From Utricularia gibba (taxonomy: Eukaryota; Plantae; Magnoliophyta), in contig NEEC01000011.1 of the NCBI GenBank assembly GCA_002189035.1, positions 248,001-312,000 of the forward strand: a stretch of 64,000 bases of DNA. Direction: 5' to 3'. Positions 11,997 through 24,090 of this stretch are shown here, piece by piece (the stretch's first letter is position 1; each line of letters starts with the position of its first letter). Below the pieces are notes generated by a model. It saw only the letters and a list, made by a program, of their open reading frames with translations. It was not told the DNA's origin and ran no database searches. Both the position numbers and the translations under genes were made by a program.

Positions 11997-13293
11997 TCAG
12001 CCGTCCGGGAATTGGTCTCTTTTTGACTTCATATCCGAATTTTCATTCTCACACGACTTCTCCTCCAGTTCGCCTTCCGAGGTGCTCTCAGGGACACATT
12101 CAGCAATTTGATAGGCCCTGTCATCAACGTTAAGCTTCATCATTTGGTCCATCCCAGCCGTGGATTCTGGTCCCTGCAACTCGAACGGGGATGGCACCAA
12201 AGGATGTGTTCTCATCTGAACAGATCTTAGAAGCGCGGCTCTCCTGAGATCGGCTGAGTGGCAGATGTCACTTGGTGAAGGTGGGAACCGGCCCTCGGTG
12301 TCTGAGCTTCGTTGACGTGGTTGTGGTTGCGTTGAGGAGACTGAAGCAGAAATGTGAGAGTGTGAGAGGTTTGCTGATGAAGGCCCTGCGCCGGATACAC
12401 CTACGGGCTTTTGGCACCTGTAGGGAGAAGTCACCGGGCTGGTAGAACTCTCGGGCTGGAATGAGCAAGTGTTTCCGTAATTCTCATAGAATCTGGAGTC
12501 ATCTGAGTCTTCAGACATTGGAGAATACTGCACATTCATGTCATCCCTGAAACAACATATGGTATTAAGAGAAGAATGAGCTAAGTAAGATGTACACATC
12601 AAGAAACTAACAAAGACAACCAGATTCTGAAACAGGTTGATCATGAGCAGCAACACAAATGCACTGAGTTCAGTCGTGTATCTCTTATGTTTATCCTTCT
12701 TGACTACCATAAAGAAATCATGAAACAAGAAGCAGACAAACACAGGAAGTGCCCCTACAAGATACTTCAAACTAACCTAAGATAATGGTACATGCTTTCA
12801 GATCTCCCAGGAGATTCCGCAGGATTCTCCGGCATATGATCTCCAACTGTCAGTCCGTTTAAACTTGAAGCCATAATCTGCAAGAAAACTACTAGCCTAC
12901 TAAAAAAGAGTCCTTGAAATGCGTCAACGAAAAAGATCACCCCACGGCACCAACAAAAAACTTTCTGGAGGAAAACAGATAATGGGAAATCGATTTAACT
13001 ACAACAACAAAAAGAATGATCAACTATGTGCTTTTTTGAGCTGCAAAAGAAAAAAAAAAACTGCCGGACAAAAGGATGATCGGATCTGCAAGCGGACTGA
13101 GGGAAAACACGATACCCTGAGAATAAGAAACCGAATTACGACGGACCTCGCTGAGATAACGCTTGTGAGAGTGGAGGTTGTCGACGTAGACCTCATCCTC
13201 AGGGTCCCTACACCTTTTATTACCCGCCGCCGGAGAAGAAGAAGAAGAGGATGATGTCGCCGCCGCAGAGTTGAGCTCCGTACCAGCTCCCAT
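11997..13293 (-). CDS. Conserved uncharacterised plant protein; 3 exons 13293-13147, 12877-12777, 12546-11997; about 265 aa
   Basis: GT-AG introns in phases 0 and 2 give an open frame with NLHSHKRYLSE|IMASSLNGLTVGD, QYSPMSEDSDD and DLRRAALLRSVQMR, motifs recalled from a plant-specific unknown family. Confidence 0.85.
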
Positions 13294-15781
13294 CGTGGTA
13301 ACCACCAATTTAGACTTTTCCCGCTTTCGATTGGATCATCAGCCACGTTCCTTCCGCCCAACAATTATGCTACTGAGAGACGCCAACCCAGTTTTATTCT
13401 GTTTTTTAGGGCACCCCGAGCCCAGCCTCAAATTCAAGGCTAGGGTCCAATTGTTTCGTATGGCAGTAATGGCATCCGCTTCTTCAGCAATTGAATCTGC
13501 AACATCTTCGTCCTCATGGTGCAGCTTCCGGAGGGCATTTCATCTTCGAAACCGCTGGTGATGAAGGGGAATTTGTGAATCTTGACATCCTCGAACCAAG
13601 AGTCTCATCGAAGGTGCACTTTTTTGAATGTTTGGCGATGATCGGCAAGCTGGACGCCAGAGGAAACGAAAGACGAAAAGGATGATTCCCCAGGCTCTGT
13701 GAGCAACGACTTTAGGTTTAGGAGTAAAATAGACACGAATTCAAATCTAGCATGAAGTACATTGTAATTTGTAGTTCAATCCAACCACTGGGAAAGTGGA
13801 GCCACGCTGCAAGTTGCTGTTGGGATAAAAAAGGGGATGTTTCAATTGCTCAAAATATGTAGGGAGTCTTAAAATAAGAATTATGATGGTAATTCTCTAA
13901 ATGTTAAAGTAATAAATAAGGTTATTTTTATAGAAAATTAATTATTTAGGATTTTAAAACAAATAAAAATAAATAATAGATTTGGATCAAGAACCTATCA
14001 ATTCAGAAATTCTTCCATATACATTTGCATAAACCTAAAAAATTGACATGATTGCATAAATTTTGGGATACTATTATAAATTAATGTTACTTATTAATTA
14101 TTATAACACTATTTCTCATTTAGTGTAATTATAAAATTAATCACATTATTATAAATATTTTATCTTTTGTGGTAATCAATATTTTTCTATATTCGATTTT
14201 AATCCTTAAAATTCACACCTCATAAATAGGTTATCTCAAACACACTTTGACAATAGTGTCTAATTAAGCATTTCTTTTTTGATGGTTGAAGCTAATATTA
14301 GATTTTCTCACATATATACTTAGACCATGAATGGTTGATGAGTTTGGTATTTTAATGAGTAAAGATATGTATTTGGTATGTTTTTATAAATATTTATTAT
14401 ACCCATGAAAAATAAAACATGAGATTTCCTTTGTGAAAAGGAAAAAAAAATAAATCATAGGGTGGAACTGTGTAAAAATACTTCATTATAATTAAACCCA
14501 AACATAATGCTTAATAAAACTAAAACAGTTCATTACTTTACTTTCAACTAAACATGCCTTAAGTTTTAGTGTTAATTTAAGCACATTAATTCACTATGAA
14601 ACAAAATCAAACTATAAATTTAAATATCGATGAATACAATAAACATAAGTATATGGAAAAGATTTTTACATATAAAATTTCACCATATAGATCCTTAGTC
14701 ATAAAGTACTCTAACGAATATATTCAACTCTAAAACACAAGAAACACTAAAACCAAAAGGTAAATACAAATATAAAAGTGTAAGACATGATTCTAGGACT
14801 CCAAAATTCTAGATAATTATCAAACTTGGTGTTGAGGGCCTTTTATAGAGCAAAGTATTTAAATCTTTTGTTGGATTTTTATGAGATTGAATCAAATATT
14901 TTATCCAAGTCTTTTAAATTTTTATTCAAATATTTATATAGTCATCCTACAATTTTAAATCAAATCTTCATTGTCTATGCTAATTGGGCCTTTCCTTAGG
15001 CTCATATTTGTGCATTTTTCAAGCCCATCAATATTGGGTCACAATCTCTCTCAAAATTGGGCGAAAATTACCTTGAAAAATTATAAAATAAATTTTGTGT
15101 CCAAACGGATAGAATTGACACAAAATATGCAATTCAAGAAGCATAGAGAAAGCAAATAAGGAGTTGTAAAATGACCCAATTGCTTATTTACTCTTCCATA
15201 CTTAGATGTTAATTGTATTCAAATAATCATTTTAGATAGTTCTCTACCAAAGTAGTGGGTTGTTCCATCACATCCATGAGAAATTTCTCACTCATCATCA
15301 TAAGAGGATTGAGGTCACCTAACGAGATTATTCAACACCCTCAAATTATAAGAGTATGATTGGATTGATAAAATTAGATAAGGGTGACGCCTCCCAAGGA
15401 GGTTATAACCTTTCCTATAAAACTACATCTTACATAATATCAGCCCAAAGAACTTCGAATCGGTGCTGGGGTATCAAGGAACTCCCCCTATTGCTTGACG
15501 AGGTGTTCTTCCTTGCTTATCATGCAAATTGAGGCTAGAAACCATGCAAATGGAGGACTACTGCACTACTAACAAAAGATAATAGAAGCAAATTCTCACA
15601 AAAAGCAAAATTATATCTAATCACTTTACTTTGTGCAAGTATATAAACAAGATGTAAGAAATGAACAATGGCCAACCTTTTGGCAAAAGAAAACAGCTCC
15701 CAAAGAAGGCGAAACCATTCTTTCCAAGGTTGTTATAGCTTCTTGGATGAGTTTGTTATTTTCACTCACCAGTTTATAGTA

Positions 15782-15888
15782 AGCTATCCTGAGGGAAACT
15801 TTGGAGGGAACCAGCTACTAGATGGTTCGATTAGTCTTTCGCCCCTATACCTAAGTCAGACGAACGATTTGCACATCAGTATCGCTGC
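15782..15888 (-). rRNA. Non-functional fragment of nuclear 25S (LSU) rRNA gene
   Basis: Reverse complement GCAGCGATACTGATGTGCAAATCGTTCGTCTGACTTAGGTATAGGGGCGAAAGACTAATCGAACC...CCCTCAGGATAGCT is a highly conserved eukaryotic LSU stretch, with a few transitions. Confidence 0.92.
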
Positions 15889-15889
15889 A

Positions 15890-16151
15890 AGAATTAGGAT
15901 TCGATTCCAGAGAGGAAGCCTGAGAAACAGCTACCACATCCAAGGAAGGTAGCAGGCGTGCAAATTACCCAATCCTGACAGGAGGAGGTAGTGACAATAA
16001 ATAACAATACTGGGCTCAACGAGTTTGGTAATTGGAATGAGTACAATCTAAGTCCCTTAACGAGGATCCATTGAAGGGCAAGTCTGGTACCAGCAGCCGT
16101 GGTAATTCCAGCTCCAATAGCATATATTTAAGTTGTTTCAGTTAAAAAGCT
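15890..16151 (+). rRNA. Non-functional fragment of nuclear 18S (SSU) rRNA gene
   Basis: AGAATTAGGATTCGATTCC...CTACCACATCCAAGGAAGG...CAGCAGCCG.GGTAATTCCAGCTCCAATAG...GTTAAAAAGCT matches the conserved 18S region at about nt 370-630, with many C>T/G>A changes. Confidence 0.95.
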
Positions 16152-16439
16152 TTCTCGTGTCGTGGGAGCAAACAGCGGCACACGTAGGCACCACCAAAAC
16201 ACCGCCCAACGTTCCAAAGCCAAGAGATCGCGGCATCCTAACGCACCCTCGCACGCGGCCACGCGAGCAGGGAGCGCTGAAATTATTTCCATGGCATGTG
16301 TTCATCCCTGATTTCCTTGTTTTCCAAATTACTATCTTTTTTTCCTTTTAACTTGTTTTTAACAAAAATTGCCTAAAACTAGGATAATCTCTAAAAACAC
16401 AAACAATTCCTAAAACCCATAACATTTAGTGCCATCTAT

Positions 16440-18003
16440 GGAATGAGAGTTGTCCCTCACTTAGTTCTCTTAACCAATCTATAGATGTAGACTCAAGTTT
16501 CTACAAGTATTCTATTATTATTGAAATCAAGAAGCATGGACCGCTTATAATGGTTACAAATTTGTTTCTCTAATAGAGAAGCTACAGAACAATAATCATG
16601 GGTGTTATGGTCTGCGACATCCATTGCTGGAGTTTAACATAATACCTCTCTAATGATCATGGTTATGTATGAAATCAATATAGAATGGGGCCCACACCAG
16701 TATGGAGGTTGTTTTTATTAACCAATGGAGATGAAGCAAGTGCTATCTAAAGGAAAGGCCACATGGCAACCTCAAGATAGAGGGGATGCTGACTCATGAT
16801 GTCTCCTAGGTTTAGGTGAATAGAGTCACGTTGGAAAAGCTGGAGAATCATAGTTGAAGAGGAAGGAGAGTAGAGAATACAGCTAGTGAGAAGGGGAAAG
16901 TTCTTGATTCTAGTTGTAGGAAGGGTTTACTTCTATAGGGAATAAGGTAAGTAGGATGAGTGCTACTGTTTTATTTAGAAGCATGTTTTGATGCTTCTCT
17001 GGAACATATGTGGTTGATTGCATATGTGTTACTGTTCTGTTTTGGAAAGTATTCTTCCCTGTTTTCATGAACTTGCTTCTCCTACTTGTTCTTCAATGTG
17101 TGAAAAGTCCAGCAGGGCACGTCCTTCTGGTCTTGTTGCCTCAACTCTATTTAGAGTCTCTAAAATTCTTCTTTCAAAACCTAAATAGTTTTCTTCCAAG
17201 GATTAGGTGCCTTGTTGGTCGGTTTCCAAACAAGTGTTCCCTTTCGAGGTGTATAAGGTGCCCAATGTTCATTGTTTATGTGCTATGTGAATATATGTTA
17301 AGAAATGGAGAGGAGTGTGGACCCACACTCCTATCAACATGGTTTTAACCATGGGATTCATGGCTAAATATGTCAGACATGTCTGAGGCATCCCTATGGG
17401 ATAAGCTAATCAAGAAAGATCAGAGAACATGTTTTATGCATGCTATGGTCTAAGTTTAGAGGTGGTGTTCGGTTGGTGGCTCTTCTGAACACTACTAAAG
17501 GACTTAGGCAATACATGACCCATTTCCTAAGATCTGGAGGTGATGCCTAAGCTGAAAGGTCAAGGGGATTGGGCAAAGATAGACAATGGGACTCACTACT
17601 TGGATATGTGCTTGACTTTGAGTCTTTATGCTCAAACACCTTTTCTTCACTTCATTCATGTTTATCTTTTACCAAACTTCAGTAGCATGACCACTCTATG
17701 TTTTAACTTGTTCCAGGTGTAGAGGGGAATGACAGAAGGTCTGGTGATCAACCAAAGTAGGAGTTTAGCTGTAGAAGTTGTGGTAGATCAAGAATAGCTC
17801 TTGGAACCTTAGCTACATTGTGAGGAATATGCATGGTAGGCTGGGCATAGTTCCTTTTGCATGTTTGAACGGTTGTGAGTTAGTATACATGTAGCCATCT
17901 TAACGATATTTCTCCATGCTACAAAGGGGTTAGGTCGCCTTGAGTCCTAACGTTTGATGGGACTTGGCAGTCATGCCTCAGGCTCTAGGCATGGGTCCTG
18001 ACA
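16440..18003 (-). mobile_element. Highly degenerate LTR retrotransposon remnant (probably Ty3/gypsy)
   Basis: Minus-strand TGTCAGGACCC at 18003 resembles chromovirus LTR starts; the downstream sequence is decayed with no intact domain. Confidence 0.35.
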
Positions 18004-18056
18004 ATGGGGTTGGTCCAAAAGAGCACACCTCTATTACTCATGCTTCAATGGTGGCC

Positions 18057-19216
18057 TGGTAAATAAAAAATTTATGCAAAGTCATTAATTTTCGAATTTC
18101 TTCTATCAAATAAAATTTATAAACCTAATTCACATCAAATCATACAAAAAAATATGAGCATAGTGGACTAGGGTCAAACACAAGGAGCTAGGTGGTTACT
18201 ATGTGAAAGTCAATGCAAAGAATCAGTGTTATATTGGTAGAATTGGTCTTAACTAGAACTAAGGCAGAATCACAATGTAATACAGTAAAGAAAAGTAATA
18301 AGTTTTGGAGCTCGGTTGTTTCTGGAATGAAATGAGTGATGCCTTGGGATTCCTAAGGGATGCATGCTTATCACTAAACACGCTCACACAAACCATAAAT
18401 CATAGAATTAACTCACAAGGTCTAGATCTACCCGGATTCTTGTTTTCTCTCTAATCTTTGGTCTATCTCTAATTAGGATTGTTAAGTTGGGTGTCACTAC
18501 TTCCCCCTCCTAGATCTATCTTGATTTGTTAAGGAAGTGACGTGACTTATGGTTGATTAGGTCTAAAGATTGATTAGCACATCTATCCCCCTTTCACCCC
18601 AAGGCACCCCTAAGTGCTTAGCCACTTATGCTGAAGATGAACGAAAATAGAAAAGAAAACATTAACCACATTGTACTCATTTTACAATTGACTACCAAAA
18701 AATAAACAAGTAGAGAATTTAAAAGTGTAACAGAAAGATCGAAACATCGCTAGCTATTCTTAGCTAAGAGTAATAATCCTTGGAAATAGAAAATAGTCTT
18801 TAAGCATCAACTTAGTTCCTATTCGTCTTCCTCCTTCTTTCCTCCCAGAAAACCTTCTCTAGAAAGAATGTTGTGAGTCTCCAATGAAGGAGATTTACTT
18901 TATCTCTCCCCTTTTCCTCCTTTTTGTCCCCCAAATCCCACTTTTTCTTCTCCTTGTATTTTGTGTGTACTCTTCAAACTTTTGCCTCATCCTCTACCAC
19001 TACACTGTTCATATTCGACTCCTTGGGATTCGTGTTGTCGACATGTATTGCATTGCTCGAAGGAAACTATTAGTGCAATTTAGTCCCAACTAAGACTAAA
19101 ATAACATAACTATGATACTATGCACAAAAATATAGAACTAGGCAATAAAATATGATTTTTGTAGCACAATATAAGTAATTTTCATGTACCCCATCACTCA
19201 AAAATATGTGTTATCA
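18057..19216 (-). mobile_element. Athila-like solo LTR, 1160 bp
   Basis: Termini TGGTAAATA...TGTGTTATCA; perfect TSD TGGCC (18052-18056, 19217-19221); left part aligns to the solo LTR at 58391. Confidence 0.85.
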
Positions 19217-19949
19217 TGGCCACAAGCAACACTTTCCCTAAAATTGGGCCATTTAGAAAAAGAAGGTTGTGATATAAGCATTTTCGGATCTCATTTAGGA
19301 GTACTTAGAAATCAACACAACCCATTTAAGAGGAGCCTAAATATAAAGGTGTTGAAAAAAAAGTTGCAACAGACAAGTGAGGCCTAACTTTCAGGGTAGC
19401 TCATACTAATATAGTGTGAGAAGTAGTCCCACCCAACATACTACCTAGAGGATGAAGGGAGAAGCATAGAGATTCATTCTCATGAGTAGGGACCCATCCT
19501 TGTTTCTCCGCTGTTCACATGGAAAATCTACAAGCAATTGGAAGATCTTGATGCCAAGAGGTCCGTGAAACTAGTGGCTGAATTGGAAACTACAAGAAGC
19601 ATATCCAAAACACAATTGTGGATGGTGTAGAGATCCCAAGAACTACTCTTCATATGAAAACATTGTATATGGAGTTTATCCTCAAGGGATAGATCTAGTG
19701 AAGCAAGTTGTGGAGGCGTATCAAACGGATAAGAGGAAGATGAGCTGTTTGTTGAACATGTATACCTAATACCCCTTCTTCCTCCAAGTCATTAATGATA
19801 TTCTAGACCTGGTTATCAAGCGCATGAGAGGCTCCCCCAATTCAATGATGAGAGCAATTCTTGCCAACATTTGAGTATGCTCAACATCTATATAGGCACA
19901 ACATCAACAACCAATGGGATGCACTATCAATTATTCCATCAACACTAAA

Positions 19950-20990
19950 TATGGATGTACAAGAATGGCACTAAATGATCCCTTTCAGAAACTGATGCAG
20001 AAAAAATGTACATTATGGAATCCAAAACTTGAAACTGATGCAGAAAAATGAAATAGTTGATGAGTTGCCAAATTTGAAGTTTGTAGAGGTGAATTGTGAA
20101 ACATGCAGCAAAGGAAAGATCACCTAAGCCCCATTTCTTCTCAGTACTAATTGAGAAATAGGTAAATTAAATTTAATTCACACTAACTTGTCGGTTTTTT
20201 CAAGGAAGTTTCATTGAGTGGATGTAGATATTTAAATGGATGACTTCACAAGATATTGTTGGATATACTTCATGAAATAAAAGAAATAGATTTATGTAGT
20301 GTTTCAAAAAATTTAAAACTATGGTTGAAAGATAGAGTGAGGGGAAATCAAAATTACAAGGACATATAATGATGAAGAGTTTATCTCCAAAAGTCTTGAA
20401 AAATTCTATGAGACAGAATGGATAATTCATTATTTCATTGTTCCTTATTCCTTAGAGCAAAATTTGATGAAGGAAAGTATTTTGATTGGAATACTAACCA
20501 AACTGTATGTGTAAGACCAGGGGACTTGTGACGGTTATGATATCCCATATTGGTTATAGAGGAGATTGGATTGTAACATTTGGTGTCAGAGCCACACCTA
20601 AGCTCATGCCAATGGTAGAATGAGGTGGCACTTAGAGAGGATGCTGAGTGTCTAAGAGGCGAAGAATGTAAGGCCAGGGACTTAGTGATGACTATAGTAT
20701 CCCACATTAGTTTCAAGTAAGGGAGGGTCATGACAGTGGTTGAAATCAACCCCATGAGATATTGCATGAAACAACTCAGGTGGTTTAGAAATGGAGGAAG
20801 TGCTAGATTTAGTGATAGTGATTGAAGAAAGTAAGGATATCAACAAAGAATAAGTTGAAACCCTAGAAAATACACAAGGGTGTGAGGAATCACCAAACTC
20901 ATTAACAATAGACAACTCAAGTGGAGAAGCCAACACAGAAAATACAGAGTTCGATGCATTTGAAAGTGACAACTCACAAGATGATGGATG
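19950..20990 (+). mobile_element. Ty1/copia pol remnant (GAG-pre-integrase and integrase), interrupted by a mini-LTR element
   Basis: Translates to MQKNEIVDELPNLKFVEVNCETCSKGK and an integrase-core-like KI.RT.ND.EF segment; frameshifts and stops. Confidence 0.6.
20510..20735 (+). mobile_element. Miniature LTR (TRIM/SMART-like) element, 226 bp
   Basis: Two 69-bp direct repeats TGTAAG...ACA (20510-20578, 20667-20735, about 67% identical); PBS TGGTGTCAGAGCC (20581-20593); purine tract AAGAGGCGAAGAA directly before LTR2; TSD not conserved. Confidence 0.65.
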
Positions 20991-21531
20991 ACTAGAGCTG
21001 GGCTTGGGTTCAGTTGGTATGGGTTGCGGGCTGGACATGTAGTTTTAGCTAAAACAAATGTTTATTACGGTTCAGAACCGTAGATCAAAGTTGAAAACCG
21101 AACCGCACATGGTTTCAATCCATTTTCCAATTATGGACTTAACCCACAGATCAAATTATAGACCCAACTCATGGATTCAATTACAAGCCTACTGTGGGTT
21201 TGGACTATTGGTTATAAATCTTTCAACACTCCAAACAAATATCTAAAATAGATATCTAAAACAAATATGGGCCAATAGAATTGTACATATTATTAATTTA
21301 AAGAGCAATACAAATGGAATAGAGAAATATAGAAAATTGGTAGCATAAAAAATGGGAACTTGAAAGAGAGAGAGTGTTTAGAATTAAATACACATATAAG
21401 TTTTATCATTTCCAAATAGAATATTACATTATCCAAATACAAACAAAATAGAGCACAAAACAAGATATCTAAAAATCTAACAACATTAAAACAAAATCTA
21501 ATGATTAGGCTTAAAAAGAAAGTAAAACATT

Positions 21532-23410
21532 CTATGATTCATCATCACTTTCCCCATCTTCATCTTCATGCTCATTTGAAATTATGTTTTGAACTCTCTT
21601 TGAAGCTTCAATCCAATATTTCAAGCAAATGTATGCTTTCAAAGTGTTTAGTGCTAAGCAAGATCGTTTCACCGTTAAAATTCTACCACCTGCACTAAAT
21701 GCACTTTTTGAAGCAACGGTAGATATTAGAGGTGTGAAAATATCTTTGGTAACTATAGCCAACATAGGGTAATGTGTGGAATTATTTTTCCACCATGTTA
21801 GAATATCAAAAGATCACCTTTGCAACCCTGTAAACACTCCATTGAGTTATATAACTTAATTTCATCATAAGAAGATGTTGCTCATATGAGGAACTTCAAC
21901 AAGGAGCGCACTCCAATAATCATCTTGAACCTCTTCATTTTCATGAGAATTATTAGTGACATTCATTCTATTTTCTCTAGCATAATTCTGATAATAAATC
22001 TGTAGCCCTTCCATAGCAGTATTATACATCCCAACGGCATCAACATAGATATCTTTAAAACCAAGACTATTATAATATTTAGCGAATAAATCATGTTCAC
22101 CTTTGATACAATCATCTTTCACTTTTGGTCCAAAATATTAGCAACAAGTAATAAACAAGGAATATTTCAAAATATTTCAAGAACTTCCTAACCATACACT
22201 TAATACTATATCCAAAGACATCATGATCATAGTACTTTTTAAAAATCAAACTAATATTAACTAAAGCTGGAAGTACTAGATGAGTAGTAATGTAATAAAT
22301 CTCACCAAATTCTTTGGTATAACGATAAAAAACAGTTAAAATTTCCACCAATTCAAATATTTTTTGAAACTCACCATCTTCTATTGATTGAAATGAATCC
22401 TCCAATAATGAAAATTGCACAACAACATCTTTAAAAGGTAACAAAGAACACAACATATCATAAGTAGAATTCCAAAGGGTTGGTACATCTATTTTAAAAC
22501 GTTTCCAAGCAATATTATTCAATATGCATAAATGCTTAAACTCTTTTTTCTTAGCATTAGAAGTTCTAAGAAGATAAACCAATTTCCTAAATGAAGCAAG
22601 CAAGTCATCAAGGCATTCTAAAACATCTTAAACACATAAATTCATAATATGACAAATACACTTATTATGAAAAAAAGCTCCTTCAAAAGGAGGATTCATT
22701 TTAACCTTCAAATATTTGATGGCATTGAGATTATTTGAAGCATTATCAAGTGTCAAAGTAGTAATGCATTCTAAGATGCCAAAATCAAGACAAGTATCGC
22801 AAATTATAGTAGCAATACGAGGGCCACTATGTGGAGGGCTAAATGGTTTAAAGAATAAAATTCTTTTTTCCATGACCCAATTGTTATTAATCCATGAACA
22901 AGTAACCACAATATAATCATCCTCATTGATTCCTCTCCAACCATCACAAGTTAAAGAAAACTTACATTTTAAAGAAGAAAAGAGTGAAATCAATTTCCTT
23001 TTTTGATCACTAAATTGTTCTAAAGCAATTTTGCGAGCTTTCTTTCTAAAAAAAAGAATAAAACATGGTTGTAATCGACTACAAACAAAATCATGAAAAT
23101 AAGAATTCTCAACAACAACAAAATGTTGTTCACTACAAATTAAATAAAGCACTAAATCAATTTGAGCCTTATGTAGATCAGAAGCAAAACGACCACTTAT
23201 GCTACCGTCAACTACATTTAATTGAGATTGAATAGAAGAACTTGATAGTTTATTCAAATGTTTATCTTTAACATGACGCAATAAATTACCTGTTCCATTT
23301 TCTTTTGGGTGAACGTAGAGCTTGGCACAATACTTGCATTTTGCTATCAATAACTTGATAGAAGCACTTGAGTTCTTGGGGATGGGGATTTGACAATTTG
23401 CAAGGCCCAA
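21532..23410 (-). pseudogene. hAT transposase pseudogene (BED zinc finger, catalytic core, C-terminal dimerisation domain); element probably extends about 20993-23815
   Basis: IAKCKYC...NGTGNLLRHVKDKH (BED), FSLTCDGW, TLTLDNASNN, CICHIMNLCV, DVPTLWNSTYDML, STVASKSAFSAGGRIL; split over four ORFs by frameshifts and stops. Confidence 0.9.
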
Positions 23411-24090
23411 CTTAACTTGTTACGGTATCAATAATGCTACCTCCAATGGTTTTCCAAAGGAGTGAAGCCACTAAAATCATATTGCTTTGGATGTGATAGA
23501 GAAAAAAGATTTCACTATGAAACTATGTGAGAGTTTAGAGGAGTAAATAACGAATGAATTCATTTCATTTTAAAACCGAAACCCTGCCTACCTACCTACA
23601 CTGCTCTCTCTTCTATTACAACATTCTCTTACAATGGCCTAGCAGCATTTGGGGCAGCCCGATCCGATCCTGCTGCTATTATGTTATTATTTTGTGATGC
23701 TATGGATAATGTTCGGTTTGGGAGTATAGCTTAACCAGATATGGAAGGAATCCGGAATTGGATGGAGGATCGGAATCTTTCACTACCCCTACCCCTACCC
23801 CTACCAATATCCCTAGTAGTGTAGTTATCTTCCTTCCATTAGCAGCTTAGTTGTGAATTTGCTAATACCACTTCTCCACCACCTTGTTTACAATATAGAA
23901 CAAGAATTGGAACCACCAAAATTGACTTCACATTTAACACAACAAAATGCAGTTCAGTTCATGCATGTACACTTCTCACAGCACATCAAGGTGTAACCAA
24001 AAAAAATTTGAAAGGGTGATGATTTTACCTTAAATCAAGTATTCCAGAAAGATTCACCATCAATCTCCAGCCCGGAACCCAGGCTGAGTG

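Noticed and set aside
15668-15952. 94-aa plus-strand ORF
   Set aside because: It runs across the antisense 25S and sense 18S fragments, so it is a chance frame in rDNA-derived sequence
20682-21038. 118-aa Ser-rich minus-strand ORF
   Set aside because: Antisense of a purine-rich copia linker spanning TE junctions
23640-23780. CCGATCCGATCCT...AGGATCGG short inverted repeat as a MITE
   Set aside because: Only about 8 bp of complementarity and no TSD
20993-23815. Candidate hAT TIR pair TAGAGCTG / TATCCCTA
   Set aside because: Poor complementarity and no 8-bp TSD (TGGATGAC versus GTAGTGTA), so element ends are left unresolved
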